From NCBI GenBank assembly GCA_003971905.1, contig RSEE01000145.1, positions 62,001-126,000 of the forward strand: a stretch of 64,000 bases of DNA, written 5' to 3'. Under the pieces are notes generated by a model. It made no database searches, was not told where the DNA came from, and worked only from the letters and a program-made list of their open reading frames with translations. Each line of letters opens with the position of its first letter. Positions within the stretch are counted from its first letter, which is position 1. A program made the translations under genes and the position numbers. Source of the stretch: Moniliella sp. 'wahieum' (lineage: Eukaryota). Of the stretch, positions 17,304-30,773 are shown one piece after another.

Positions 17304-17796
17304 GGTGTGCTGAGCGCTGCGGAAAGGGAGAAGGTGGTGTGTGTGGGGGGGGGACTACCTTCGCCACCCACGTCTTCGCATTGGGAAGCTGTGGCCCTGA
17401 CGCCTCCGACTGCTACTTGAAGCTGAAGCTGAAGCTCTGAAGCCTGACGCACCGACGCCGCTTTGCAATATTTCACGTTCATCCCACTCAACAACGCTGA
17501 CACGCCGTCCTTCGGCGTTCCGGCCATCTCGGTTCCGCGTAGACGCCGTGGCGGAACTAGGGATGCACCGACCGCCCTCCACTTGCCTCCGTTTTCTTCT
17601 TGGCCTGCGGGCTCCGCTTCCATCGCATCGTCCACCACCTACTCACTCGCTCATCCCTTCCCACCTGGCCCGACACGCCACCAGCAATGCATGCTGGCTT
17701 TTCTCATATCCACTCTGTTTTTTCTTTCTCTTTCGCAGGTCCCCAATCAACTGCCCATTGTGCTGGCAAGATACGGCGTGCGCCCGCGCAGCCGAG

Positions 17797-17897
17797 GACG
17801 AGATGATGATCCATTAACAATTAGAGTCAAGCACGGATCCAGCCGCTTCGCAACGGTTGATGCCGATACGCTTTAAGCATTCTATCTGATTCTCGTC
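17797..17897 (+). ncRNA. Box C/D snoRNA, apparently dual-guide (25S and 18S rRNA)
   Basis: 7-bp terminal stem GACGAGA/TCTCGTC, C box ATGATGA (17803-17809) and D box CTGA (17886-17889). TAGAGTCAAGC before a D'-like CGGA is complementary to the LSU rRNA segment GCUUGACUCUA. GCTTTAAGCATTCTA before box D is complementary (with G-U pairs) to the SSU segment UAGAGUGYUYAAAGC. Confidence 0.88.
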
Positions 17898-18443
17898 TTC
17901 CCTGACCGGGCGTTGGCTGTCTTTGCTGGCACACAGCCTTCTGCAACCTGCCCATGGCTGGGAGCTATGTGTTAATGCATCATTTTCCTACCGGAATCCT
18001 ACCCTGTAGTCGTCTTTCGCATCTGAGTTGGCTGTTGTGTAGGGCCATATTTTTTGCACCATCGACTGAGGTCGACTGACCGCCCTGTCTGGGCAGAAAC
18101 GTATCATTGGGCCTCCAACGGCGCTGGGTGGGCTTTGACACTGATCTATGTGACATCATTTTCCAATTTCCATCCTCCGCGCCCCCACCACTATGAGGCC
18201 CTTTTGGCGAGTAAGCACCCCCCGCTGGAAAGGCTAGGTGCCCGTTTGTCCTTATCCTCTACAGGGAGGGGCGTTCCCACGGCCATTCGTACCACTATCG
18301 CTCCAACGCCGCGTTCGCGGGCCTCGGCCATCGTACCCCCGGCTTTGATTTCCCGCTTGGAGCTTCCACGACTTGCAAGGGTGGCAGCGACACGGTGTAC
18401 CGACTCTGATCTACGCCTCCAAGCACATTCGGGCACACGGCTC

Positions 18444-19070
18444 ATGAGCACCCACCGTTCCCCATCTTGGCTCACCCAGGTGCGAGCGCGCGTGGACGCG
18501 CTGGCGGAACGGACTGGAACCAACAAGACAAGCCTGTTCTTGTCGTTCTTGGTGCTGCATGAGCTCACCGCAGGTGTGCCATGGGCTGTGCTGTTCTACG
18601 CGTTCACCTACTTTGGCGCGGGCGTGTATGTGCTGCAAGCCATCGTGCCCACCCAAACATGGGACTCACTTACCTCTCCGGATGGGGAGCGGGGATGGAT
18701 GGCGAGTTGGGTGGAGGAAGTTGTCAGTCGAGCTCGACGCAAGGGCAAGTACGGATACCATGCCGAGATTGTCGCTGGGGAAAAGGACGATGCGGCAGCG
18801 GCGTACAATGATACCATTCCTATGGAGGAAATCATGGTCGGCGCTCTGGCCGATGCGGTGGCTGCATACGTTGTGGTCAAGGTATGTGTTTTTCCGTCTC
18901 CGAACGCGGTGGGACTCAGCTGACCTGCCTGCTAACTGCTCGTCATGCGGCAGATGCTACTTCCACTTCGAATCGCTCTCTCCCTGGCCTGGGCCCCGGC
19001 TATGGCTCGCACCATTGTCAGTCCCATCCGGAAATGGAGGGCAGCGCGGACACGACCAAACATGAAGTAA
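18444..19070 (+). CDS. MRX11: FLILHELTA-family mitochondrial membrane protein (true start may be upstream)
   Basis: SFLVLHELTAGVPW motif; ..DAVAAYVVVK, intron GTATGT 18882..CAG 18953, then MLLPLRIALSLAWAPAMAR..MK*. Confidence 0.85.
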
Positions 19071-19737
19071 CGCACGCCATTCGGCTTGTTGCATGAGGCA
19101 CGTTTTTTGAACGCAAAGAACCGGGCAAGAGATGTCCACAAGGAACTCGACAAGACTTTTGAGACATGAATGGGCTGGAAGCCTGTTGGCAAAGTGACTA
19201 GTGATGGACAGCAGCTCAATATGATAGCCACAGGTTTTAGCGCCAACTGTAGCGACATGAACGTGACCAAAAGGGGGAAAGCAAGGGACATAGCCGCGTA
19301 GAAAGCGTGGCTGACGGTGATTGGTGGTGGCCCGGTGGCTGCCGGCAGCAGCTGTCTATCGGCCGGACGAGGCTGGCAGACGGACGTGGGCGGGAGATTG
19401 TGCAAACTGCGCGGCGACAGGGGGAGGGGAGGCGGTGTGGCCAGAACAGGCCAGAGCAAGTCATCAATCACTGGTAGCAGCGCGCCATCATCCATCCGAT
19501 CCTGTGTGCCCCCTGGTGCCAGGGTGCTAGTGCGGGGACGACAGGCGCACCAGCGCAGTGTCGGCTGGGCGCGTGCCTGCTGGTGCCGTGCCTGGATTGG
19601 CGTTGAAATCGAGGTGTGGATGCGGCGGCCACGGAGTACTGAGTACTGAATACTAGCCACGGCCTGGCGCTCCGTTGCTGTTTGCTCCATCCATCCTGCG
19701 CCTCCCTCCCGCGCTCCCACCACCTCCTCTTCCGCCC

Positions 19738-20944
19738 ATGCCGACACAAACCAATGTCCGGACGGTGCCGTGCGCATACAAGACTGGTCGCACCTTGGGC
19801 AGTGGCACATATGCCGTCGTCAAGGAGGCCCAGCGCATCGCCGATGGCGAACGCTTTGCCTGCAAGATCATTAGCAAGAACCTGCTGCGCGGACGGGAGC
19901 ACATGATCCGCAACGAGATCTTGGCAATGAAAAAAGTATCCCAAGGCCACCCCAACTGCGTCACCCTTGTTGACTACTTCGAGACGCTTAACAACCTCTA
20001 TGTCGTAACTGAGCTCTGCACCGGTGGGGAGCTGTTTGATCGGATCTGCGAACGCGGATCCTACTATGAAAAGTAGTTGATCCCGCCCCTTCTCCCTCTT
20101 GCACGACCTAATCTGGCATGGTTCTAACCTGTTACTCCACACTAGGGACGCTGCCCACCTCGTTCGAACTATCACAGGTGCAGTCAAATATTTGCACGAT
20201 AACGGTGTCATTCATCGGGGTATGTCCTCCCCTCCCCCCCCCGCCAACTCTCCCCTAGCTCAGACTGCGCTGACATGTTCCCCTATAGATCTTAAACCAG
20301 AGAACTTGCTCTTCAAAGACAAAAGTGAAGAGGCGGATCTGGTGATTGCAGATTTCGGGTTGTCGCGCATCGTGGACGATGATAAGATGGTGCTGCTCAA
20401 CACGACGTGCGGCACGCCGGGCTACATGGCACCTGAAATCTTCAACAAAACAGGACACTATAAACCAGTGGATCTTTGGGCAGTGGGCGTGATTACCTAC
20501 TTTTTGTTGTCGGGCTACACACCTTTTGACCGTCAGTCCATGGCGGAGGAAGTCAAGGCAATCACCTCGGCTGACTATGCGTTTGAACCAAGCGTGTACT
20601 GGGAACGTGTCTCTCCAGCCGCCAAAGACTTCATTACCAAGCTCCTGGTGATTGACCCCAACAAGCGCATGACGGCAGACCAGGCGTTAGTGCACCCTTG
20701 GCTGGCTGGGGCTGAGGCTCAAGACGCAGACCTGCTGCCCGATATGAAGCGGGCGTTCGACGGCAAGCTCACGTTCCGCAGGGCCGTCAATGGCATCCGC
20801 TTGATCAACCGCTTGCGCACCGAGGTCCATTCCGTCGATTCTCACCCGGTCCAACCTGCCGAGGTGCAGGAGATTCAACGCTCGATCGAGATGGCCAAGT
20901 ATGAAGCACCACCTGACCAAGTTTTGGCACCCGACGAAGCCTAA
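19738..20944 (+). CDS. CMK1: Ca2+/calmodulin-dependent protein kinase
   Basis: YKTGRTLGSGTYAVVKE, FACKII, GGELFDRICERGSYYE, HR/DLKPENLL, IADFGLS, TCGTPGYMAPE, CaM-binding-like FRRAVNGIRLINRL. Two short introns (~20072-20145, ~20220-20288). Confidence 0.93.
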
Positions 20945-21126
20945 GAAGTGTTCATACCTTGGTTTGCTCTGTACTTCTACTGTGCAACATCCATCAACCA
21001 TCAATCTTTTCATCCGCTTGTCAGCCGTTGGCTCGCCCGTTTTACATATAGGGCCAAAAACGATCAGGACAGAGAGCCACAGAATGCAAAATCCAGGGGA
21101 GTACATGAGGAGAGGAGGAATACCGG

Positions 21127-22940
21127 TTACCCACGCAGGCTCTGACCCGTCGAAGGACCGGTATAGCTAAAGCCGGCAAACTGGGCCTGGACTGTAGCCG
21201 AGAGGAGGTGCGAGTCGTCCACTAGGGAATCGGTGGGAACTTCGTTGGTGAATTCGGGGTCAAAATTGGACGTGTCGATGGCCGAGGCCACACTAGGCTT
21301 AAACGGTGGCCGCACCTTTTTCTGCCAGAGCAGGTCCCAATCAATATGCTTGGCAAAGAACGGATGGGACTTGATTGCCTGGGCCCCCGCTGCGCCCGAG
21401 CCCAAGCGCTGCGCCGGGTCCCGCTGCAAAAGGAGCGTAAGGAGCGAGCGAGCATCCGGGTGCATGTCGTCAGGGAACCGAAGAGGATCCTGTAGAATCT
21501 TGCGGTACATTTCGTTGACGTCCTCCGAGTAAAACGGTGGCAATCCCGTCAGCATCTCATACAGAAGCACCCCCAGCGTCCACCAGTCCACCGCCTTGGA
21601 ATAGCCCTGTCCCAAAAGGATCTCGGGAGAAAGGTACTCTGGTGTGCCACAGAATGTGTTGGTCGTCGTCTCGGCGTCCATGTTGAGTTTACACAGGCCA
21701 AAATCACATAATGCAATGTGGCCCGTGTAGTCGAGCAGAATGTTCTCGGGTTTGAGGTCACGATAGATTACCTGGAAGCCATGTAGGTGCTCCAAGGCCA
21801 GCAACAATTCGCAGCAGAATAGAAGCGAGAGCGTTCCTCGCTGAACCTGCCCTCTTGCTGCAGATGATGGAATAGTTCTCCACCATTGACAAAGGCAAGG
21901 ACGAGATACAACTTGTCGGTTGATTGGAAAGACAGTTTCAATGGGACGATAAATGGGCAGTTGACTTGAGCGAGTACTGTACGTTCAGCCAGGGTATGCG
22001 TAACCTCACTCCTGCTAACAATGTGGGCCTTGCGCAGGGTCTTCATCGCGTAGATCCGGCTAGTGTCCCGCTTGCGCACTTGCATCACCTTACCAAACGA
22101 GCCCTTACCAATGACCTTGAGCAGCTCAAAGCTACTCATGTCAATCTTCTCAGACGGCCCTGTGGGACGGTAGGCGACTTGCAAACGCACCTGTCCGGTT
22201 CCACCCGAAACGGCAAACCACTCGTCCGTACCCTGTCCGCGAGGAGAGACGGTTGACGCGCTACCGTCAAAGTCCGGCACAAACTTGACGGATCCGAGAA
22301 AGACATCGGCCACACCCATCGCTTCGTCGCCCCCACCCTCATTTCCATTTGGAGGCATCTCTTGCGCACGAAGGTAAATCGACAACGATAGCTCCGAGTT
22401 GCGACTGACGTCAAAGTTGGCCTTGTAGAGCCAACACGGATTGCTCAGATCGCCGGCAACCGAGTCGAGCAGGACCTCGTTCTTGTCAAACTCGAGCACG
22501 GCATAGGGGAGCCACCAAACATCCCGCTTGTGCCCAGGTGTAAATGGAACGGCGGGAGCTTGGGCCACGTTGTGGCCAAGGGATGAACCATAGAGACTAC
22601 CGACCCCAACAGGGTGGCCCATCTCCAAGTCCCGCTGGGCAGCACGGGCAACGGCGTCTGGTACGGGTGTGCCAGCCGGCATGCTCAGGCCGCGTGCTTG
22701 CACAACGGCAATGGTGAGCACGCCAGTGCGTGCAATGGGGGCCCCAGTAGCCGAGGCAAGGGGCGGCGGCATGGCGCCATTGCTGGGGGGGTCGGGGGGG
22801 GGATTGGGCTTGCTCAGCCAAGTTGCTTGAGCTGGCGCGCGCGGACAAGGCGCCGTCCTTGAGTTCTGGGGCGAAGTCAGTGCCTGGCCGCGAGGGATGC
22901 CCTGCGCACACGTACTTTTTCCGAGCTTCCACGAAGCCAT
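21127..22940 (-). CDS. YPK1: AGC kinase Ypk1/Gad8 (C2-like domain + kinase + hydrophobic motif)
   Basis: MASWKLGK exon, intron 22915-22866; WWLPYAVLEFDKNE; FELLKVIGKGSFGKVMQVRKRDTSRIYAMK; YRDLKPENILLDYTGHIALCDFGLCK; TFCGTPEYL; C-terminal FAGFSY. Frameshifts near 22800 and 21808. Confidence 0.96.
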
Positions 22941-24185
22941 GGAGAAGGTGGGGAAGGCTGAACGGGCGAGCGGTGAATATGAATGATGGTGGCGGGGGCG
23001 GCTGTGACATGTGACGAGGTGACCGGTGACTAGTGACTGTCACCACACTAGTCCTAGTCAGCAGAGCCAGCCTGCCGTCGCTGCTAGTTGCTCTGCGCCG
23101 GCTATCCGGCCGAGCGGAGCGTCTTCTGCTGCTCCGGGGCGCGCGGGCGGGCGGCTTGAAATTGCCAAAATCCATTGGCGGCGCCGAGGGGGGCTGACAC
23201 TGGTGCTGTGCCACGACGCTGCGTCCTTTAGCCGGCGGGGTAATACCGGTGTATTCAGACAACCAGGAACGGTGTTAAGGCTCCTGCTGGCGATATCTCC
23301 AGTCGCTAGGGAACTGCCCATCCACCGGCCACCATTCATATGCGGGACCGATGAGGATGAGGATGCCCACGCGGATAGCCGACGAGGATAACCTGTCTAT
23401 GGATAGTAAGCGCAAGAGGCCCCAATCGGCCGTTCCCCAATGACTGAAGCGGGCCCCATTGCTACAATGTGCGGCGCTGCGGTATTTGAGGGCTGTAGGC
23501 TTTGAGAGCACCAAAAAGACCAATCTCTTCCATGGCAGTTCTACCCGTATATCGTCGAGGCACTCAATGTACCCGATGATACCATCCGAAGAGGGCAACG
23601 CACTCGTCTGCATTGGCGAAAGCTCAAAGCTACGACAACCCCGTTGCCATGTGCCTGTGGCGCGCTTTGTGTGGAACTATCAATCCCAAGGCGCGGGACT
23701 AGCCTTGGCCTGTTGTGGCTCTAAGCTGGCTCCGTAGCTTATACGTCGTTGGGCCTCGGTGAGACTTTGAGCAATGTTAGGGATTTGGCTTGCCGGGTCT
23801 AATCGGCTTAGACCACCGCCACTATACCGCTATACTGCTGTTGCATCAATATGTTGGTGTAGCATCGGGAAACTCACGATCTCATCCTTGTCAACCTATT
23901 GCAGGAGGAGGCAACAGAGCTAGATTATATGGCTATATGAATGGGGGTTGGCAGATACGGGAGGGTCCGGATGATGTCTTGAACTACGAAAATAAGACCC
24001 GCCAAGCAAGAGGCGGAGGGTGTAAGAAAGAACCACCGTCAGATGTTACTAGTGGGAACAATGATGGAAGAATAGGGGAGTGGGGAAGGGATATGGACGG
24101 GAGGATGCAGTGCGGACACCCGCTGTAGGCTTAATTGACCGATTGAAAGTGGGTTCAGGTGTACTGCCGTCTCATACGCGCGGGG

Positions 24186-24321
24186 AGAAAGTGTGGCCTC
24201 GCATCTCACCTCCCCTTCCTTCACCGGCTCCGTCCTCATCGGTACACGGAATGGAGAGATTGAGGATACTGCGGTCACCCTTACTCAAACAAGTGAGATG
24301 GATTTTCTCGACCGTGTCACT
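24186..24321 (+). pseudogene. Degenerate ~135-bp copy of an internal VPS18 segment
   Basis: AGAAAGTGTGGCCT..TCCTCATCGGTACACGGAATGGAGAGATT..CACCCT..GAGATGGA.TTTCTCGACCGT.TCACT aligns by eye to 27716-27850. Confidence 0.85.
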
Positions 24322-24738
24322 CTAATCACACTCCCTCCTGTCAACAAACTGGACCTTTTTTTCCCCCTTTTTTTGTGGAGGTGAAAATCCCTCTCAAAAC
24401 GTGTGCTTCATCTCCGTTCCTGATCCTCCGAAAACGCCCCTTGCCCTATCATTTAGCAGTCCGTACCCATGTACTTCCTCTCCCGCCATGTCGCCTCCTC
24501 TTATCCACAGCCGGCCATTGAGAGAGCATGGATGTCCCGGATGGAGCCGAGGGAGTTTCAGCATAAAAGCAGGCGAAGCAGGCGAAGGGCAAGTAGTTCA
24601 TCTCAAACAGCAATTTGCCCCAGAAAATAGAATTCCGCCTGGCGGAATGGCATTGCGCGGCCTAGCCACCCACTTGATATGAGCGCTTTTACTCTTCCCA
24701 AGTGTCACCGGCACCACCACACGACTACATTAACGACG

Positions 24739-25422
24739 ATGGAGTGTTCGTTCGGGATTACTGGAAAAGGCTTCACCCTCATTGCTTCCGATACAACGGC
24801 GGCACGTTCCATTGTCAAGATGAAGGGAGACCAGGACAAGCAGAAGGTTCTCTCGCCACACCTTATCCTGGCCTGCTCTGGCGAGTCGGGCGATACACTG
24901 CAGTTTGCCGAATTTGTCGAGAAGAACATCAAGCTGTACGGCATCCGGTATGTTGGCATTTCCCTTGATGTAATGGTATGGTCGTATGCTCATGTTGGGC
25001 GCAAACTGACACGGTGAAGGAACCACGTCGAGCTCCGGCCGCAGGCGGCAGCTGCCTGGACACGCAAGACGATTGCCGAATCGTTGCGATCGCGCAACCC
25101 ATATCAAGTCAATATGCTCTTGGGCGGGTACGACACACCCACCCAGACGCCCAAGTTGTTCTGGCTGGACTACCTTGGTACCCTGGCTGAGGTGCCATTT
25201 GCCGCGCACGGATACGGCGCTCACTTCACCATGGGGACTATGGACCGCTGGCACTCCCCCGACATGGATCTGGAAAGCGCACTGAACCTGCTGCGCAAGT
25301 GCATCTCAGAACTGCGGAAACGATTCTTGGTCGATCTGGGCGACTGGACGGTGCGCGTGATTGACGCTGAAGGTGCGAGGCTGATCCCCTTGGGGAAGGT
25401 GGATGTGCCGGCACACACCTAG
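24739..25422 (+). CDS. PRE1: 20S proteasome beta-4 (beta type-2) subunit
   Basis: MECSFGITGKGFTLIASDTTAARSIVKMK..GESGDTLQFAEFVEKNIKLY, intron ~24948-25019, then SLRSRNPYQVNMLLGGYD..LFWLDYLGTLAEVPFAAHGYGA..ELRKRF. Confidence 0.96.
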
Positions 25423-27213
25423 GTCAATTCATCATGATGAAGAAAAGACGCACAGGGGGGTATCTACCAGCTTTTGGGCTGTATCCTGTGAGCGGAAAAT
25501 GGCTTCAGGTAGTCGTTTAGATCAAAATGGTGCGAACATGTGGGCAGGAGCTATATAATAGCTTCGACCTTCACAGCAAACTTGCACACCCTGTTGATGC
25601 ATGTTAGTCCCAATGTGATCAAAACTCTGATAGCACCCTTGAAGCTTCATGAGGCTTTGCTCATTCATAAAGAAGATGGACGCCCCATGAATCATGATCG
25701 TGGGCTCCCCAGCAAGCCTTTAAATCTAAACTTGGTTTGGAGCTTCTGGGGTTTATCCTATGCTTTGCAGGCGCATAGTGGGCAAATGCGATTCCATATA
25801 TACACGGCGAGGAGAGGACCGCACTTCAGCGTTTAAAAAGAGGGGAGATATGCCAGATGGTCGGATCTATTTCAACGGAAGATTCAGGCGATGACAGAGT
25901 CGAAGCACAACAGCGATGCGTCGGCCCCATGCACACTGACATTCATGTAGCATGTGACACACTATCCTTGGCCTTGACAGTCTCATCACCCCCCAGATAT
26001 TGGTTGCAGTTCGGAGAATCGGAGGTGGTTACTTTTGGTCAGGCCAACTCGGGTTTGTAGTCAAACTGCTGGAGTCGAAGCTAAGGGGCTGCTCTTTGTC
26101 TCGAATGTCATTGGCGTTAACATCTTTGTCCATGGCTTGCACAAAGGGAAGGGAAGCAGATATATATGTGCTCATCGCTTCCGCTTATCCGTATCGACTT
26201 GAGTTCTACAGCATCTGTTTTGGCTCGGCGCACGGGCCCTGCAATATGAATACTGCCATTTGGTCAGCGACGAGCGGAAGGGACACGAAATTCCGCCCTC
26301 CACAGTTGTTGCATTTTAATCCTCGGCCTGTCGTCGCGCGTCTTGCTTCTTTTCTTCGAACAAAATATCCAAAGGAGGTGTGTAGCATACTATGCCTATC
26401 CTCACCTCTATTTTTGCGTTACTGACATGAGGTTTAACAACAGACTTAAAAGTTCGGTGCTGGTCATTTCCTCCGTCCCAGTATCGCGTTCCCGTCTCCA
26501 AGAGTAATGGTGCCAGCTTGGGCCAGGCCTCCTGCCGCTTCGTCTGTGAGCTTGAGCCTCGCGCTCCTAGGGGGTTAGTCTGCCCCTCTCTGAGGTGCGG
26601 CGGGCCATGATCCTCCTGGTCCAGGCGAGCCGTGGGAGGCCCACATGTGTATCCGCGACTATTTATGGGTTTTGCTGGCTATCTCTACTAGATGATGACT
26701 AGAGTAACCGCCGCCGAGGCATGTCTACGGTAAAGGGTAGCACGATGAGCACTAAAGTCCTCTTTTCATTAGTCAGAAACAGATGTGCATGTGGCTGGCG
26801 CTCTGCCCTGCCTTGTGGATTCTTAGTGCCCTTCTCGAATCGATCTTCAAGCTTCAAGCTTCAGGCCGCATCATGAATGTGTACGATCTTTTCGGGAAGG
26901 GGGGTGTGGAGGGCCGTCGCGGATCAGGGTCACATCAGTGGATAGAGGGTGTGGTTCAATCGTACACTCAATCGCCGTGGAGGGGAGGGTTCCTTCGTGG
27001 TCCCAATCCCTCCTCGAATCGGATCGCTACAGAGAGTGCCAACGATGGGATTGATGTGAGGCAAGTGGCAGTGTGGACCACCCGGCGGGCCGGGCGGAAT
27101 GGACGGATGAAAGTTTCATGGATGCTGCCCAGCGCATGGGCGTCGTGTTCCCAGCCGCGCCGACAAGCCCCTCGGAGCAGCTTGAAGCTTGAAGCCTGAT
27201 ACCCCAACCACCA

Positions 27214-30200
27214 ATGGAGCTGGATCAGCCCCACGGAGCCCCCACCCGCTTCGCCCCGCCCGGCAACGAGCGCCTGCTCACCGATGCCGTCCTTGCCGTC
27301 GAAGCCGGCGTGTACGGGTTCGGGCTCGGTGAGCTGCCCGACGGGTCGGGCCAGGGGCAGGAAGCCGTCGCCGATGCACCCGACCCTCAGACCAACAGCG
27401 ATGCGCTCTTCACGCTCGGGCGCGTGCAGTACGCCTTTCCGGCGCCCCTCCAGTCCCTACAGGTCGCCAACAACGTGATGGTCATGTGTCTTCTATCGTC
27501 CAAGGGCGCACGCCTGAACCGCATTGATCTCGACAATCCCGGCACAGTGGAGGAGGTCCCCCTGCCCCCCATCCGGGAGGCTACCGACTGTTTCTTGACC
27601 ACACCGGCACCCACGCCCTACTTTCCCATCCTTCCTCTGCGCAGATGTACTGGTGGAAGAGTGGATGGAAGCGAGCGCGCGCGCTTCCCCGTGCCCACGC
27701 TCTTGGCCTACAGGTAGAAAGTGTGGCCTGGCTTCGCCCCTCCCTTCCTCCACCGGCCCCATCCTCATCGGTACACGGAATGGAGAGATTTGGGAGACTG
27801 CGCTCACCCTCACCCAACGAGGAGAGATGGACTTTCTCGACCGTCTCACTGGCCGCACTCCAACGGCAGATGAAGTGGAAGCTCATTGGACACGGATGTT
27901 CTACCTGCCTCTACCGGAGCGTGTCCGGGGGTTGCACACTGCACTGATCAAGGGCGACAAGGCATACGTTATTGCAACCACAGCAAGTCGTATATACGAG
28001 TTTGAGGGTCCCATCGGACCCCGGAGGAAAGGGGTTGGCTTTGATCCTCATTCGTTAACCGCGCAGGTGACTGATGGTGGGCTTCCCCCCCCCAGGAGAC
28101 GGGTGAATTTGAACGCCTTTTCGCTCTGTACCGCGATCGTTCCGGTGAATGGGACTCGACCAAGTGTCTTCGTTCTGAGGTTCCTCCATTGGCCAAGCCC
28201 GACTCTTCCGTATTAAGAGTATGGACACCTCATTCTCTTCCGAAGACAGAACCACGTCGGCTGTCGCTTCAGCTCGTTCCCGATCCGCAACCGGCACCGG
28301 CAGTCGGGACCAGCACTCAGATCGCGTGGTTGGTGGCACCAGGGGTGTATCATGCTTCTCTCGGCGACAAGGTGTTGGAGGAAGCGTCACTCCTCCCGTT
28401 CCCGTCTCAGGAGGAACCATTAAGCATGGCCCTCACTCGCTTCCATACTGTCTTGCTCTACGCCTCCCCCGCACGAGTGGAGTGTATTAGGAACGTGGAT
28501 GATGCCCATGTGTTCAGTGCATCTCTAACGTCCTTGTTGATGGAGGGAGAGGAGGTGCGCGGCGTCTCCTCCGACCCGCTGAAGCACACTGTATGGATTT
28601 ATACCTCTGCCAGCATCTTTGAGCTGGTCATCCAAAGGGAAGAACGGCACATATGGAAAGCCTTGTTGCGGCGGAACCGGTTCGCTCAAGCTCTTGAACT
28701 CGCCCCTTCTCCTGCAGCGAGGGAAGCGGTAGTCGCCTCCCAGGGCGACCGGCTCATTCTCCATGCTCTGGGCTTATCGAGGGAGCGTGCGCGGAACAAC
28801 TTGAGCGTGGACGAGAAGCGTCAATTGGTTTCAGGCTGCCGGGCTGTATGCACAAACAACCATCCGACCATTTGAGAAGATGGTTTTGGCCCTGTCGGAG
28901 GCGGATGCGACGCTCGGCGAGCCCGATGGCGGCGGGGGCTTGCGCACTTACCTAGCCACCAAACTGCAGCGCACCCCAAAGAAGAACAAGCTGGCGCGGA
29001 TGATGATGGGAACGTGGCTGCTGGAAGCTCTGTTGGCGCGGTGGGACGAGTTGGAGGATACGGGTGCGGCACAAGGAGCTGGTGAGGAAGTGGAATGGTT
29101 TACCCGGCGCGCAAAAGAGGTGCAGGATGAGGTCCAGACGCTTCTGGACGTGCAGAAAGATGTGCTGCCCCCTTCAAGCGTGTACCGTCTAGCCCGTCTG
29201 CATGCACGTGAACAAGTTCTTCTTCATTTCGCCACCGTCACGAGAGATCACAAGACCAGGCTGCAATGGTACCTTGACCACGGAGATTATTCTCAAGCCC
29301 TGCGCACACTCGCTCAGCAGGACGATATGGAGTTATACTATTCCACGGCTACCCTTCTCCTTCGGCACGAGGGCAAAGAGACAGTCGACGCTTGGATCAA
29401 GGAGCCGCGGTTGGAGGTACGTCGGCTACTACCATCGCTCCTCCTGTACCCAAAGGAGGCGGTGCGATTCTTGCTTCATCTCGTCGAGGGTGGCGCAACG
29501 GACGTGGCGATTCATAATACTCTGGTTGCACTCCTGGCCAAGGATGGGGAGTTGCTCCCTTTTATCGACAATCATGAGGCGCACTACGATCTGGCCTATG
29601 CTCTGCGGGTGAGTCTCGCACATGGCCAGAGGGCAGCGGCAGTGCGTGTCTACACTCTTATGGGTCGTGCAGGCGACGCGGTCGATCTAGCTTTGGAGGG
29701 TAAAGACGTCGAATCGGCTTGCCGGGCAGCACGGGGCGGCGAAAAGGCGCTTTGGCTCAAGATTGCACGGTATGTGGTGGAGGAGCAGGACGTGGGACGA
29801 GCAATGGAGCTGGTGCAACAAAGTGGGGTGTGTCCATCGAGGATGTGCTGCCCTATTTCCCAGACTTTGTGGTGATGGATGCGTTCAAGGCCCAGGTAAC
29901 CAGTGCACTGGAGAGTTACGCATCTCAAATCACGCATTTAAGTCATGCACTGGACGAAGCCGCGTCGAGCGCCCAGAGGGCCCAGGGTCAAACGCTTGCG
30001 CTCCAATCCACCCGTTTCGTCACACTCCACCCCGAACAAGTCTGCATCGGATGCGCGCTTCCCCTGTTGCCCCCTTCCACTCCGTTTTACACGTTTATCT
30101 GTGGCCATGCGTTCCACCTCGCCTGTCTTGTGGAGGCAGTTGCGACGCGGGCGCCCCGCCGCACCCTCCGTGCCTGGGTTGCGTCACACAATCGTCTCGC

Positions 30201-30464
30201 CTCCCTCGCAAGGGTTCCTACGTTGACGACTATCGACGACCCCCCGTCAAAGAGGACGGTGCAAGTGCTGGTTCAGGCCCTGTCGCGCCCCCCCACAGAC
30301 AGGGATGTGCCCCCGAAGACGAGGCACGCATGGCAGTGCTTCGGCAGGAGCTGGATGGAATCGTCGCAGCTGCATGCCCCAAGTGTGCTGCAGCCGTGGT
30401 CGATGTGGATGCGCCGCTCGAGGGGGAAGGCGAGGGCGACGCATGGCAGGGCGACTTTGATTAG
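27214..30464 (+). CDS. PEP3: HOPS/CORVET subunit Vps18/Pep3
   Basis: FTLGRVQYAFP..LQVANNVMVM..RIDLDNP; ILIGTRNGEIWE; SMALTRFH; IFELVIQREERHIWK; LRTYLATKL..MMMGTWLLE; IEDVLPYFPDFVVMDAFK; C-terminal RING CIGC..CGHAFHLAC..CPKC. Several frameshifts. Confidence 0.93.
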
Positions 30465-30773
30465 CATGGAAGGAGGTGGGCAATGGAGATTGCAGACCAT
30501 CCATCGGACGCAGGTTTAACGTTTACCCCGCGTAGTTTGACAGCAGCAGACACAGGAGGCTGGAAGGCCAGCACGGGGGGCAGCGACTAGGGTTGCGCAA
30601 TTAAATCCGAGAAAACTGCGGAACCCTAATCCAACCCTACTGTACGCCCCCCCTCCACCATTCTCAGCTTCGCCCGTCGGCATCGTCCACGCCCACCGCC
30701 CCAAGCCTAGTAAGTCCTCCTTGCCCCGCTCACTCTCCCGAGGCTGAGTGCTGACTGTGCGCAGTTGCCCGCC

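Noticed and set aside
26440..26790. Possible structured RNA (AAAGTTCGGTG like RNase P CR-I, several GC stems, an ATGATGA)
   Set aside because: No matching CR-V, terminal stem or convincing D box could be found by eye; an Infernal search would be needed
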